Assembly (NCBI GenBank): GCA_964016885.1
Contig: OZ024746.1
Span: forward strand, 101,680,001 to 101,744,000
Reading direction: 5' to 3'
Length of the DNA stretch: 64,000 nucleotides
Source of the DNA: Eledone cirrhosa
Lineage: Eukaryota
How positions within the stretch are numbered: the first letter of the stretch is position 1; each line of letters starts with the position of its first letter. The notes beneath the pieces were generated by a model that was not told the origin of the DNA, ran no database searches, and was given only the letters and a program-made list of their open reading frames with translations. Of this stretch, positions 1 through 11,979 are shown one piece after another. A program made the position numbers and the translations under genes.

Positions 1-9
1 AGACAATTA

Positions 10-82
10 TTCCATTTACCAGAGGTTTCACAAAGACAGACGAGCTCAACAGAAACGTCTGAAATCGCTCATCAGAATGAAA
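10..82 (-). ncRNA. Type I hammerhead ribozyme, intact core, in a non-autonomous Penelope-like/retrozyme-type repeat
   Basis: Minus strand reads TTTCATT-CTGATGA-GCGATTTCAGACG(13-nt loop)CGTCTGTCTTTGT-GAAA-CC TCT GG-TA-AATGGAA. Helix I has 7 bp, helix II includes CAGACG/CGTCTG, helix III is short, and the cleavage triplet is GUA. Confidence 0.8.
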
Positions 83-233
83 ATTTAATATGGACGTAAG
101 ATATGAATTTAAAAACAAAGGCTAATACAATTGAAATATAATAAAATAAAGATAAGAAATAAAATAAAATGGGAAAATATACACACTGAAGCAAAACGTA
201 AGATTAGGGGGTAAAAATAAATATATATATATA

Positions 234-612
234 TTTACTGTTCCACTCTACATGGCTTGTATAGCTTTCACAAGCCACTCATCATCTAGTTTTCTCACAG
301 CCCTCCAGATAATGGAATGCGGGACTGTCAAAAGGTTTCTCCAAGTCAACAAAAGCTAAGTAGAGGGGTTTACTTTTAGCTAAGTATTTCTGCCTTACCA
401 AGAGAGCATCTGTGGTACTTTTACCTGGCACAAATACAAACTTCATTTCATCAAGGTTAATCCAGTCCCTAATCAGCTGTGCAATAATTCTTTCTGTGTC
501 CTTTATGACCTGGTCAACCAACTTAATGCCTCTATAGTCTTCTCTGTCTAGAGCATTTCCTTTGTAGCAGCTGACATGATTCTGCTACATCAGTCATTGA
601 GTGTGACACCAT
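234..612 (-). mobile_element. RTE-clade LINE reverse transcriptase fragment (degenerate)
   Basis: ORF 282..521 contains LDEMKFVFVPGKSTTDA...PLYLAFVDLEKPFD, homologous to the RTE RT at 15637..16692. Confidence 0.9.
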
Positions 613-826
613 TTTGTATTACTTGGTTTACTATATATATAAATATAAATTCAGCGAGAATCATATTTCGGCTGGTAGAAAAAACGAAACGAAACGCAAA
701 ATCATAGAAATGCTGGCAAGCGCTCCAATAGTTAAGAAAACTAGAGCTAAACATGTATATATACATAGGTATATATGTATATATATATGCATACCTATGT
801 ATATATACACACACATATATATATAT

Positions 827-1190
827 ATCATCATCATCACCGTTTTACGTTCTTCCTCGCTAGCATGGGCTAGACGGGTTGTCTTGTTGTGGGCAGTGTC
901 CAGTCAGCTGACCATGTCTTGCTCATATGGGAACTGATTCTGGCTTGATTTCTACAGCTGGATGCCCTTCCTAACACCAACCTCATTTACAGTGAGTGCT
1001 GGGTGCTTTTTTCCGTGGTGCCTACACGTCCACTTTACAGTGTGGGCTGGGTGCTTTTTTGCTGTGGCACCTCCACAACCCCTTTGCAGTGGGAGGGGTG
1101 GGGGCATATTGTCTATATGTTTCAGCTTCGGCTTGTTCCTGTGGGGGGTCGGGTCTTCTGTATTACTGCGTGACGCCAGAGGTTACGGTC
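827..1190 (-). mobile_element. RTE LINE 3' end/3' UTR with (ATG)n tail
   Basis: Begins with (CAT)n followed by ccgttttacgt...ccttcctaacaccaacc; nearly the same as 48400-48925. Confidence 0.85.
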
Positions 1191-1305
1191 GTGTATATAT
1201 ATATATATACACGATATATATATATATCAAGATAAATTAACGGAGACATAGACTCTCGTTATTCCCTGTAAATTATGTGTTCAAAGGAAAAGGAATTCTG
1301 AGCTC

Positions 1306-1616
1306 TACAATATGTAGAAAAGGTAACACACTAGAGAGAGAGAGAGAATGAGAGTGTGTGAAATCAATAAAACAGGGAAACCACCAGTGTATGGAATCTA
1401 TAACCTATGGAAGGAGGCAGGGTAGACACACAATAATTAAAAATAGTTATAGAGGTGCATATGCGCATTTTAATTTATATTTTTAATTATTGTGTGTCTA
1501 CCCTGCCTCCTTCCATAAGTTATAGATTCCATACACTGGTGGTTTCCCTGTTTTATTTTATTTCACACGCTCTCTCTCTCTCTCTCTCTAGTGTGTTACC
1601 TTTTCTACATATTGTA
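1306..1616. repeat. Fold-back inverted repeat, ~140-bp arms and ~32-bp spacer
   Basis: 1306-1445 (tacaatatgtagaaaagg...aataattaaaaata) is the near-perfect reverse complement of 1478-1616. Confidence 0.9.
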
Positions 1617-1869
1617 TTATATATATATATATATATCATATTTATAAAAAGGAAGTTTATATGTTGACCACTAATAACAATAAAATTGGTAATAAATGTT
1701 GTGGGATCATAGGAAGCTGACATCATATGTGACGGGATATAAACTCCCTCAAATGTCTCAGATGTCTCAACAGAAGTAGTTGATAGCTTGTGCAATCTAT
1801 GTAACCATATTAACAGTTGAGGTGAATGTACCAAAAGAGTTGTAACCAGAGTATAAGGTGGAAGAAGTT

Positions 1870-2150
1870 CAGGGTAGATTGTATGGTGTGTGTGTTCAAA
1901 CTGTTATGCTACATGAGAGATGTAACTAGAGCATAAAGTGGAAAGTTCAGAGTATAAAGTGGAAAAACTGTTATGCTACATGAGAGTGAGACATGGGTCT
2001 TGAGTATAGAAGATCTGCAGTAACTAAAAAGAAATGAGGTATGCATGAATGTTATGTTAGTGTACATGAATAACAGAGCACAAGTGAAGTGAGAGAAAAG
2101 CTGAGTATAAGAGGAATATACAGAAAGACAATTGTATTGGTACAGAGACG
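1870..2150 (+). mobile_element. Old degenerate RTE LINE C-terminal fragment
   Basis: atgctacatgagagtgagacatgg (MLH.SETW), aaaagaaatgagg and gagagaaaagctgagtataagagga match the C-termini of other RTE copies. Confidence 0.65.
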
Positions 2151-2302
2151 TAAAAACGGAACTGTCAGTGGAATTACTATAGTTAATAATTTATTATGTA
2201 AATAAATAAATAAAAATAATACGCCATGTGTGTTATAATATATATATATATATCATCATCATCATCATCTTCGTTTAACGTCTATCTTCCACGCTAGCAT
2301 GA

Positions 2303-2355
<53 letters not shown>

Positions 2356-2999
2356 AGGGCGCTGTGTGTAGAAGACTTGTGTAGATTAGAAAGAAACGAA
2401 GCCTGCATGCTCCGATGGATGTGTAATAGTAATATACGCGAACGGCAAAGCATAAATGAACTGAGAGAGAGACTGAGCATAAGAGGAATCAAATGCTGTG
2501 TGCAGGAGAGGCGGTTGCGTTGGTATGGACATGTGATGCGTATGAAGGATGACAGTTGCATAAAAAGGTGCAGAGCACTAGAAGTCGATACCGCGGAGTG
2601 GGGAGACCCAAGAAGACCTGGGATGAGGTGACAAAAGCCGACCTTACCCAATTGCACCTCTCAAAGGCGATGACACAGGACTGAGGCCTCTGGCGTTACG
2701 CAGTAATATAGAAGACCTGATATCCCGCGGGTACAAGCCAAAGCTGAAGCATATAGACAATATTCCCCACGGCCCTCTCGTTGTAAAGTGGTCGTGTAGG
2801 TGCCACGGAAAAAAAGCACCCAGTACTCACTGTAAATGAGGTTGGTGTTAGGAAGGGCATCCAGCTGTAGAAATCAAGTCAAAATCAGTTTCCGTATGAA
2901 CAAGACATGGTCACCCGACCTGGCACAATCCACAACAGGACAACCCGTCTAACCGATGCTAGCATAGAAGAACGGATGTAAAACGGTGATGATGATGAT
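2356..2999 (+). mobile_element. 5'-truncated RTE LINE 3' end
   Basis: Encodes ALCVEDLCRLERNEACMLRWMC...RRLRWYGHVMRM, followed by the 3' UTR and a (GAT)n tail. Confidence 0.9.
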
Positions 3000-3030
3000 A
3001 TCTGTGTGTTAGTATATATATATAAATATA

Positions 3031-3198
3031 AAGTATTTCTGAAGAAAAGATAAAGGAAAGAAGAGTGCTCTATGTATAGTACAGAGCTATTTAATTACAT
3101 AATAAACAACACAATATAATTATTCCATTACCAAAGGTTTCAGGAAACTAGACGATCCTAACAGAAACGTCCAGCTCGTTCATCATATGAAATAGTTT
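3031..3198 (-). mobile_element. Hammerhead-bearing non-autonomous repeat (same family as 1-110, 36000-36160 and 54408-54565); core C3 mutated
   Basis: Minus strand 3121-3194 reads TATTTCAT-ATGATGA-AC GAGCTGGACG..CGTCTAGTTTC CT-GAAA-CCTTTGG-TA-ATGGAATA, with the shared downstream ...ACATAGAGCACTCTT. Confidence 0.75.
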
Positions 3199-3278
3199 CT
3201 ACATATATATGTGTGTGTGTGTGTGTTGTAGTATATATATAAATATATATATCTGTGTTAGCATATTTATATATAAAT

Positions 3279-4075
3279 ACTAGCAGCAGTACCCACCGTT
3301 GCCTGGGAAGTAAAATAATATCTGCTTTGATGAAAAGGTGTTGATCTTAGCAACTGCTTCTCGATGACTCATCTATGGCAACACACAGGCCATGTGGGGG
3401 AGGGTGGTGATGACCTCTATCACTGAGAAATGCGGGTGACTGACGAAGGGGCATACTGGGGGAGGGAGTTTTGAATTTGAACGAAATCGGTTGAAAAATG
3501 TGGGAGCTAGAGCCGAAAAGGCGAAAATGTGAGCGAAAAGGTGGTATTTTCGAATAATTAAGCGGCTGCCACGCCATTCCTGAACAGAAAATCCAAAATG
3601 TAAAGCCACTTTAAGACATGAAATAATCAGATCTAGCGTAGTGTAAAATTTGGACAAAGTAGGTTGATTAATGTGGGAGCTAGAGCCGAAAAAGTCTGTA
3701 AAAGTGGTATTTTTGAATATTTAAGCAGTTGCCACGCCGTCCCTGAACAACAAATGCAAAATATAAAGCCATTACAGGATGTGCAATGATAAATTCTATT
3801 TTGCTTTAAAATTTGAACGAAATCGGTGGCAAAATGTGGGAGCTAGAGCCAAACATCTTATTTTTTGATACCTAAAAAAAGGTGACCCCTTATCGATTTT
3901 TATCTGCAGAATGACCCCGGAATAAAAAAAACGATACGCTGATATATAGAAAATACTCCCCAATGACTAATCTATGAGCCTGTAAAGTTTCATGAAAACC
4001 GGTCGTAAGATGTAGGCCCCTATAGGTAATACACAGACACACACACACATACTTAATTTTATATATATGCAGATA
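3279..4075 (+). mobile_element. Helitron/Helentron-type non-autonomous element (HINE/Lep1-like)
   Basis: Start ACTAGCAGCAGTACCCACCGTTGCCTGGG, internal repeats of aatgtgggagctagagcc, and end ACAGACACACAC...TTTTATATATAT..AGAT. Confidence 0.65.
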
Positions 4076-4189
4076 TATATGTGTTAGCATATTTATATAT
4101 AAATATATATATCTGTGTTAGTATATTTATATATATATATTTACATCTGTGTTAGTATATTTATATATATATACGTGTGTGTTAGTATG

Positions 4190-5451
4190 CGAGTCTGCTT
4201 CAAAAAGTTTGTGGGGAAAAATATATAGTTAAAAATCATATGCAGGGATTTTGATCTCAATGCACCTGTGATGTTCTTGTACAAACATGAACCCTGAAAT
4301 GCATGTTGCAACACAGCAGTGCTAGTCAGAAGTCAGCACCCACTTAAGCAACATGTTTTCCATCAAAATTGAGGCCAGGACAAACATCAAATTGATGGTA
4401 AAGCTAGGACGGAAGAACAGCCAAATTATTGACGCTCAGGAGCAAGTTTATTGGGACAATCCCCAAAGAAATCAACAAGCTATAAATGGGTGTCATTTTA
4501 GAAGTGGAAGAGATGAGGTTGAAGATGACCCCTGCAGTGGCAAGCCATCCATGTTAGTCTGTGTGAAAATCATTGATGCTGTTCATGACTTAATTGAAAA
4601 GAATAGGTGAATAACCCCTGAATCAGTAGCTGACACACACAGCATATCTGTGGGTTCTGCAAATGCAATTCTGGTGGAAAGCTTAGGGCTGAGCAAGCTT
4701 TCTGCTCGATGGGTCCTAAAGCTGTTGTGTCCAAATCTGCAGCAAACAAGGGCAGATCTTTCAATGGAAATTTTGAACAAGTGGGATGAAGACCCTGAAG
4801 CTTTTCTGCAGATAATAGTTACCGGGGATGAAACGTGGCTCTACCAGTACGATCCCAAAGTGGCTGCCCAGGATGGGGGGGAGGGGGGGGGTAGTCAAGG
4901 AAAAATCTGAGCGTTCTAGAGTGAAGGTCATGGCCACTGTCTTCTGGGCTGTAGAAGGGATTTTGCTAGTTGATTTTCTTGAAAACAAAAGAACAATTAC
5001 AGGTGCATATTATAAAGGTGTTTTGAGAAAACTGGCCAAGAAAATCGTGTAAAAACGCCCAGGGAAACTGCATCAGCACATTGTCTTCCACCACAACAAT
5101 GTGTCCACTCACGGTGCTTGGCAGACACAGTGTTACGAGAATTTCGATGGGAAATCATTTGACATCCACCTTACAGTCCCGATTTAGCTCCATCCGACTT
5201 CTTTTTGTTTCCAAACCTGAAAACATCATAAAAGGTATCCATTTCCCATCAATTAAAGATGTAAAAAAAGCTGCTTTATCATGGTTTAAATCGCATGGAC
5301 CCCAGTTTTACACAGGTGGACTTAAAGGCTGGTATCAACACTTGCAGAAGTGTATTGACCTAGATGGAGCATATGTTGAAAAATAAACAGCATAACTTAA
5401 ACCGTTTTTTTCCAACTGTCCTTTTTCCACAAACTTTTTGAAGCTCTCTCA
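4190..5451 (+). mobile_element. Full-length degenerate mariner transposon, Hsmar2-like (irritans subfamily)
   Basis: TIRs cgagtctgcttcaaaaagtttgtgg and ccacaaactttttgaagctctctca. The broken transposase at 4353-5386 has KIEARTNIK, SARWV, IVTGDETWLYQYDP, KVMATVFW, HPPYSPDLAPSD and LDGAYVEK. Confidence 0.95.
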
Positions 5452-5484
5452 TATTTATTTATATATATATATATCTGTGTGTTA

Positions 5485-5518
<34 letters not shown>

Positions 5519-5624
5519 GTTTGTATATGTATAATAAAGCCAAAACAATGCAGGTATGGACATAGAATAAAGAATGCAAATGCAAAAGATATTGTTGACA
5601 ATTAGTCTTTTACCTTAGATTTAT

Positions 5625-6510
5625 TTAAATGGATAGGGATCCGCGGTCATTGGGGTGTTCCATGCTGAACTTTATACTGGCGTCCATGCTGGAGAATGTT
5701 GTGTATATATCCACCTCCTCACAGGATGATGTAAGGATGAGTATGTCATCTACATATCGGTTGAAGAAGGTATGGGAATGGCAGGTTGTGAGGGCTCGGC
5801 ACTCTAGCTGGTTCATATAGGTGATGACCAGCAGGCCCAATAGGCTGGATCCCATGGGTAATCCTGTTGTCTGTCTGCATGTGTGGTGGTGGAAGGTGAA
5901 GTACGTGTTGTCTACTGTGAAGGACAAAAGCTGGTGTATGTCTGTCGGGTGGGGGCCGTAGCAGTGGATGTCCTCTGCGACCACGCAGTCCGTCAATAAA
6001 TCGACAGCTGGGTGAGCGGGGACTATAGTGTAGAGGGAGACAACGTCGATGCTAAAGGCGTATCTATTTAGTTTAAGTTGTTCTGGCTGGAGTTGGTGTA
6101 GTCTACATATAACTTCGTTGGAGCTACTGACATGCCCAGGAAAGGTGGAGAGTAGAGGCTTGAGGACCTGGGAGAGGAGCCAGGAAATTTTGTATAGGGG
6201 TCCTTCTATGCTAGAGACGATGGGTCTTATTTGTGTCTTAGTACTATTCTTGTGGGTCTTGATGAGGTGGTAGAAAGTGGGCAGTCTGCTATTTCTAGTG
6301 GTGTAGTTGAGCTTAACTTTATTTGGGAGTTGTCTTCTCCTACAGATGTCGAACCAGATGGAGTTGGTCTGTTTTTCGATCTGGGCTGCAGTCATGTCCG
6401 GGATCTCTGTATATAGTTCATTGTCGCTTAGGTGTTCAAAGGCTAGGTTATTGTATGTGGCTTGAGAGATGACGCAAAACTCTTTACCTTTGTCGGATGG
6501 TAAGTATATA
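5625..6510 (-). mobile_element. Penelope-like element reverse transcriptase fragment (Penelope/Poseidon type)
   Basis: Open frame with PSDKG, LIKTHK, IRPIVSS, SIDVVSLYT, QTTGLPMGS, RYVDD and IKFSME motifs. Confidence 0.9.
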
Positions 6511-6580
6511 AGTTCCCTATATATCTGCGTGTTAGTATATATATATATATATATATATATCTGTGTGTTAGAATATTTAT

Positions 6581-6955
6581 ATGGCCATGTTCAATATGTA
6601 GGAGAGGAGTTGGCATAAATTCTATAAAATGTACACAATGCAGATCTTGGGTACACAAGAGATGTAGTGGGATAGCAGGAAAACTAACAGGTAGGGAAAA
6701 CTACGTATGCAGTAGATGTACAGGGAAATTTGACAGTAGAAGTCGCATTGATAGACATATTTTTCAAATGTGGGTATAACCTATAGAGGTGGTTGATAGC
6801 TTCCAATACCTAGGTGATCAGATTAGTAAGGGAGGAGAGTGCTCCAAGGCCATAGTTTCCAGAATAAGGATGGGTTGGAAGAAGTTTAGGGAGCTGCTTC
6901 CTCTGTTTACAAAGGGTTCCTCCCTGCATACGAAAGGCTGGTTATATGATGCCTT
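6581..6955 (+). mobile_element. RTE LINE internal fragment (PHD-like finger region)
   Basis: Closely matches 34070-34445 (WPCSIC...WVHKRC...FQYLGD...GWKKFRELLPL). Confidence 0.9.
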
Positions 6956-7291
6956 ATCACACCCCTCCCTACTGTCTTAAATTTAGAAAACACACATTAG
7001 ACAACCATGCAGAACAACTCCATCGCAGCGCTGTTGTTCGGCCGGCATCGTCTATGCGTGTGTTGTGCAAGTACTGTGAAACAATAAATTTCAACACTTC
7101 TTTGCACAGAGATAATATCCATAGGCGAAACTAGAATTATCACTGCTGGCGCAGCTCCTGCTTCGGCAGTCCAGGTCTGCAATTCATTCACCCAGTGCCT
7201 GGCAGACAAAAAGGTGCTGCCATAAAATGGGTGGTGCAACCTAAATTTGGTAACTTACTGACCCCGAGCAACGCCAGGCTTTAATGCTAGT
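6956..7291 (-). mobile_element. Helitron-type non-autonomous element, 5' part
   Basis: Reverse complement starts ACTAGCATTAAAGCCTGGCGTTGCTCGGGG, the same terminus type as 3279 and 32210. The left boundary is uncertain. Confidence 0.5.
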
Positions 7292-7517
7292 ATAATATAA
7301 AATCAAAAGATGGTTAAAAGAGTTCCATGTATTTTATTATGCGCATTTCAAAAACAAATATCATCATGTGATGATATTTGCGTTCTCACCTCCTACATAT
7401 ATATATATAATATATATATATATATATGTATATATGTGTGTTAGGAGATATATAGATATATATATGTGTGTGTGTTAGTATATATATATATATGTGTGTG
7501 TGTTAGTATATATATAA

Positions 7518-9243
7518 GCCAGGTTACTGACGACCCCAAGGAATGCGCAGAGCTCATTGCTGAATGCTATGCAGGCATTTTCAATATTGAAGACCAGAGT
7601 GTACCATCTCCACCACCTATGACACCGGACTCTATTACAACCATGGAATTTACACCTGCAATGCTGCGACGTCACCTAAAAAATAAACGCAACTATGCCT
7701 CTCCTGGTCTTGATGGTGTTACGTACCTGCTTCTTAAACGTGGTGGGTACTTCCTTCTACACCAGTTATCATGCTTCTTCCAATTCTGTCTGAACAACAG
7801 TGCTACTCCAGAACAGTGGAAAACTGCCAGTGTCATTCCTCTGTTCAAAAAGGGTGACCGCACATCACCTGTGAACTATCGTCCAGTTGCATCGCCAAAC
7901 TGATGGAATCCTGTGTCAGAGAAACACTTTGGAACTTCTGGAGCTCTCACAGTCTTATCCGGCCCTCGCAATTTGGATTTATCCCCAACTCCAGCTGCTG
8001 TGATCAACTTATAGAGTTTCTTGAGGACATCACCCGGATCACTGATGGCGGCTCATGGGTGGATGTTGTTTACCTTGACTTTGCGAAGGCCTTCAATTCT
8101 GTGCCACACAAAAGGCTTATGGCAAAACTCTCTGCAATGGGTGTGAAGGATGATCTTTTTAACTGGTTGAAGTCCTTCATTCTCAGTCGAAGAGAGGTAG
8201 TCACGGTTCTGGGACAGCATTCCTCACCATATGAGATGTCATCTGGTGTACCACAGGGATCTGTTCTTGGCCCCCTTTTGTTTGTGGCATATATTAATGA
8301 CACAGATGCCAACTTAAGGAATGCCACAGTACTAAAGTACGCAGATGACATCAAGTTGTACCTTGAGATAAAAAGGACAGATCCTGAACACTATAGATCT
8401 TGCTTGCAGTCTGACCTGGACACAATGCAACAATGGATCTCAGACTGGCAACTCAAGCTAGCTGTGGACAAGTGCACCACCATGCATTTTGGGAGTAAAA
8501 ACCCAGCGTCCACATACTCCCTCCACAGCACTAATATCAAGAATGCTTCTTGTGAACGTGACCTGGGCATTACGGTCAGCAGTGATTTGCGTTAGACGAG
8601 GCACGTCTCTAAAATTGTCAAGAGGGCCGAGGGTGTCTTAGCATCACTCAGCAAGACCTTTGTCAGCCGCTCTCCAGATATCTATTTAAGGCGACCACAC
8701 TTAGAATTTGCATCACCAGTCTGGAACCCCTATCTTGCTGAGGACATTGACCACCTGGAAACTGTTCACAGACGTGCAACCAAGCGAATACCCTCCATCA
8801 GGCATTTACCATACTCTGAGCGCCTTGCTTCCCTGGGCATGGATTCATTGAAGCTCCGACGCCTGGCAACTGACTTGGTAAACACCCACACAATTGTTAA
8901 CCATGTTGCCAACAACAACCCTGAGTACCTTTTTGATTTCCATGTGTCTAACACACGTGGACATGCCCACAAAGTAAGAAAACAGCACAGTTCCCATGAC
9001 TTTCGGAAACATATTTTCACGCTCAGAGTTGCTGAAGCATGGAACAAACTACCTGCATCAGTTGTTAGCTGTCGAGACACTGCATCCTTTAAGGCCTCCA
9101 TGCTTCCCGAGATCCGCCAACACTACAGCTAACACATACACACATGTACTTCCCTGACATTTGTGTATTATTCTATGTACTATACATACACCTCTGACGA
9201 GTTGTAGTGCACCTGAACACTTTACACAATAATTTCATTATTA
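7518..9243 (+). mobile_element. CR1-clade LINE, 5'-truncated, with frameshifts
   Basis: Motifs SPGLDG, VIPLFKKGDR, VYLDFAKAF, SGVPQGSVLGPLLF, KYADD, TRGH and WNKLP, plus an (ATT)n tail. Confidence 0.95.
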
Positions 9244-9432
9244 TATGTGTGTGTTAGTATATATATATATATGTGTGTGTTAGTATATATATATATATAT
9301 ATATATATGTGTTCGTATATATATATATGTGTGTGTTAGTGTATATATATATATATGTGTGTGTTAGTATATATATATATATGTGTGTGTTAGTGTATAT
9401 ATATATGTGTGTGTGTTAGTATATATATATAT
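9244..9432. repeat. Compound microsatellite (TA)n-TGTGTGTTAG
   Basis: Repeated atatatgtgtgtgttagt units. The same motif occurs at ~3000, 3250, 4080-4186, 5475, 6525-6570, 7435-7510, 10037-10278, 10868-11015, 11500, 11740-11820 and 12530. Confidence 0.9.
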
Positions 9433-9433
9433 A

Positions 9434-10037
9434 TCACGGTCACGTGATGCGCATGAAAGATGACAGCTGTATAAAAAAGTGCAGGGCGATAAAAATAGAC
9501 GGTAGCCATGGAGTAGGCAGACCCAGAAAAACCTGGGATGACTTGATAAATTCCGACCTCACACACTTACACCTCTCCAAGACAATGTCACTGGACCGAG
9601 ATCTTTGACGCTACACAGTCATACAGAAGACCTGCCTTGCCTAAGTACAAAGCGAAACCTACTACAGTCAGTAGGCACCTCTAACAAAATACACCCCCGT
9701 CCCACTACCCCCACCCCATCCACACCACCCCCTTCAATGTGAAGTTATGTTGGTACCACAACATCCAGTCCGAAACAAATGAGATCGTGTAGGTGTCACA
9801 ATAAAAAAACACACAGTCCACGCTGTAATGTGGCCGTGTAGGTAACACGGTAAAAACCTCCCAGTCCACACTGTAAACGTGGTTGGTGTTAGGAAGGGCA
9901 TCCAGTCGTAGAAAACCCGCCAGACAGTCCTATACGAGCAAGACAACCAATCTTGCCTCAAGTGGGAAAATTCCCGTCCAAACCCATGCAAGAGTGGAAG
10001 ATGGACGTTAAACGATGATGATGATGATGATGATGAT
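9434..10037 (+). mobile_element. RTE LINE 3' end
   Basis: Encodes GHVMRMKDDSCIKKCR...GRPRKTWD, then the 3' UTR and a (GAT)n tail; same subfamily as 17310-17833. Confidence 0.9.
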
Positions 10038-10108
10038 ATATATGCATGTTCGTATATATATATATATGTGTGTGTTAGTATATATATATATGTGTGTGTG
10101 TGTGTTAG

Positions 10109-10139
<31 letters not shown>

Positions 10140-10142
10140 TAG

Positions 10143-10173
<31 letters not shown>

Positions 10174-10203
10174 TAGTATATATATATATGTGTGGTGTGT
10201 TAG

Positions 10204-10234
<31 letters not shown>

Positions 10235-10285
10235 TAGTATATATATATATATATGTGTGTGTGTGTTACTATATATATTGATAAG

Positions 10286-10380
10286 TTCAGCTAGATCCCC
10301 ACCGTCCTAATACTGCTGGGTTAGTTCGGATCAAGCTGTCAAAACGGCCGGAGCACAGCCATCGGGATCTTCACTCTTTT

Positions 10381-10384
<4 letters not shown>
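10286..10384. mobile_element. Single arm of the palindromic element family seen at 39454 and 51350
   Basis: ttagttcggatcaagctgtcaaaacggccggagcacagccatcgggatcttcactcttttccta matches the right arm of those palindromes. Confidence 0.7.
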
Positions 10385-10420
<36 letters not shown>

Positions 10421-10679
10421 TGTGTGTTAGTATATAACACACACACACACACACATGCCTATGCACGTGCACGAGTATAGCTCTTTTTACAAAACGTTTT
10501 TTTTCCATTTCAGGTAGACGCGCTCCATCATCCACTTTTCTAAAAGAACAAATCATACACAAAACGCCAGCACCAACAGTTTTGCAAGAGATGTCAACAT
10601 GAATGGACCTGTTATTTTTATCTAAAGACATTTTTTTCTAATTCCAACCCACCCTTAATCTATCTTATTTCTCATTCTT

Positions 10680-10715
10680 TCTTCCGATGAAGGACTAGCG
10701 TCTGAAACGTTAAGA
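10680..10715 (+). ncRNA. Minimal hammerhead-like motif (helix III reduced to a palindrome), core variant CCGAUGA
   Basis: TCTT-CCGATGA-A-GGAC TAGC GTCT-GAAA-CG-TT-AAGA. Confidence 0.55.
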
Positions 10716-11523
10716 CCTTCTTCCTGCTATATCAAGCATTAATCTAATATATCCCTTCCATATACTGTACCGATTGTGTTGTTATTTCTGTTTACCTTTT
10801 ACATTTATATATATATATCCCATAGCGTGGAAGAACGGATGTAAAACAGTGATGATGATGATAAATATAATATATTTGTGTGTTACTATATATATATATA
10901 TAATATATCTGTGTGTTAGTGTATATATAATATATCTGTGTGTTAGTATATATATATATAATATATCTGTGTTAGTGTATATATATATAATATATCTGTG
11001 TGTTATATATATATACCAGCTCTGAGTCGTAGCTGACCACCAGGCTAAAGTCTCCCAGGCTGGCCACAACTTTGTTCCCTATTTTTTCACGGTTACTTTT
11101 ATGCATGTTTCTTTCACCTGTGTCTTCCCACGATGGGACCTGTACACTTTTTTTTCTCCTATTCCTTTCCTATTTTTCCCCTTCTTCCTCTCTCCTCATC
11201 TCCCCCCCCCCTGTTCTTCCTCCTTTCCCTCTCTTTCCTTTTCTCTCTCCTTTTTTCTCCCCCCTTTATTTTCTCTCTTTCTCTCTCCTTTTTCACCTGG
11301 CCTTTTGATTAATAAAAGGCCTCGGGTACACCCGAACTACACCGATGTCCTGTAATTCAGATTTACAGCTGACGATGGAAACTCCTTCCTTTCTCCTCCT
11401 GTTCCTTCCTAACCACCATCCTAAACCTTGTTTTTAGTAACCACACAGCTCCTTTCGTCTCATAACTTTTTGTGTATATATATATATATATATATATCTG
11501 TGTGTTAGTATATATATATATAT

Positions 11524-11710
11524 AATTGTTTCTACTTTAGGCACAAGGCCAGCAATTACCCAGTACATTACTGGTACATTATTTTATCGAGCCTGTAAGG
11601 ATGAAAGGCAAAGTTAACCTCGGTGGGATTTGAACTCAGATTGTAAAGGGACGTAACAATGCTAGAAAGCATGGCGTCCAACCCTCTACCGATACTGCCA
11701 ATTCACCACC
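11524..11710 (-). mobile_element. tRNA-derived SINE
   Basis: Reverse complement has A-box TGGCAGTATCGG, B-box GAGTTCAAATCC and central GCCTTTCATCCTT..TCGATAAAAT..GTACCAG; at least five copies in the window. Confidence 0.9.
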
Positions 11711-11928
11711 ATATATATAATATATATAATATATCTATATATCTATGTGTTAGTATATATATATAATATATATATCTATGTGTTAGTATATATATATAAT
11801 ATATATATCTGTGTGTTAGTATATATATATATATATATATATATACGTTATTCCGGGTTGAATTGGAGGTAACCAAGGTAAGTAAGGTACTCAATACATA
11901 GCAGAGTATAAAAGTTTTAATATAGATG

Positions 11929-11979
11929 AGATTCTACAGGACTAGAACTGTTTCATTCATTAGAAATCATCAGGAATCT
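11929..11979 (-). ncRNA. Type I hammerhead ribozyme, near-canonical
   Basis: AGATTC-CTGATGA-TTTC TAAT GAAT-GAAA-CAG TTCTAGTC CTG-TA-GAATCT. Helix I is a perfect 6 bp, helix III is paired and the triplet is GUA; a truncated copy lies at 36254-36280. Confidence 0.8.

Noticed and set aside
9194-9220. CTGACGA in the CR1 3' UTR, and similar heptamers at 11369, 38199 and 39054, as hammerheads
   Set aside because: No properly placed GAAA with paired helices I-III.
11524-11710. tRNA gene
   Set aside because: A and B boxes are present but there is no cloverleaf; it is a multi-copy SINE head.
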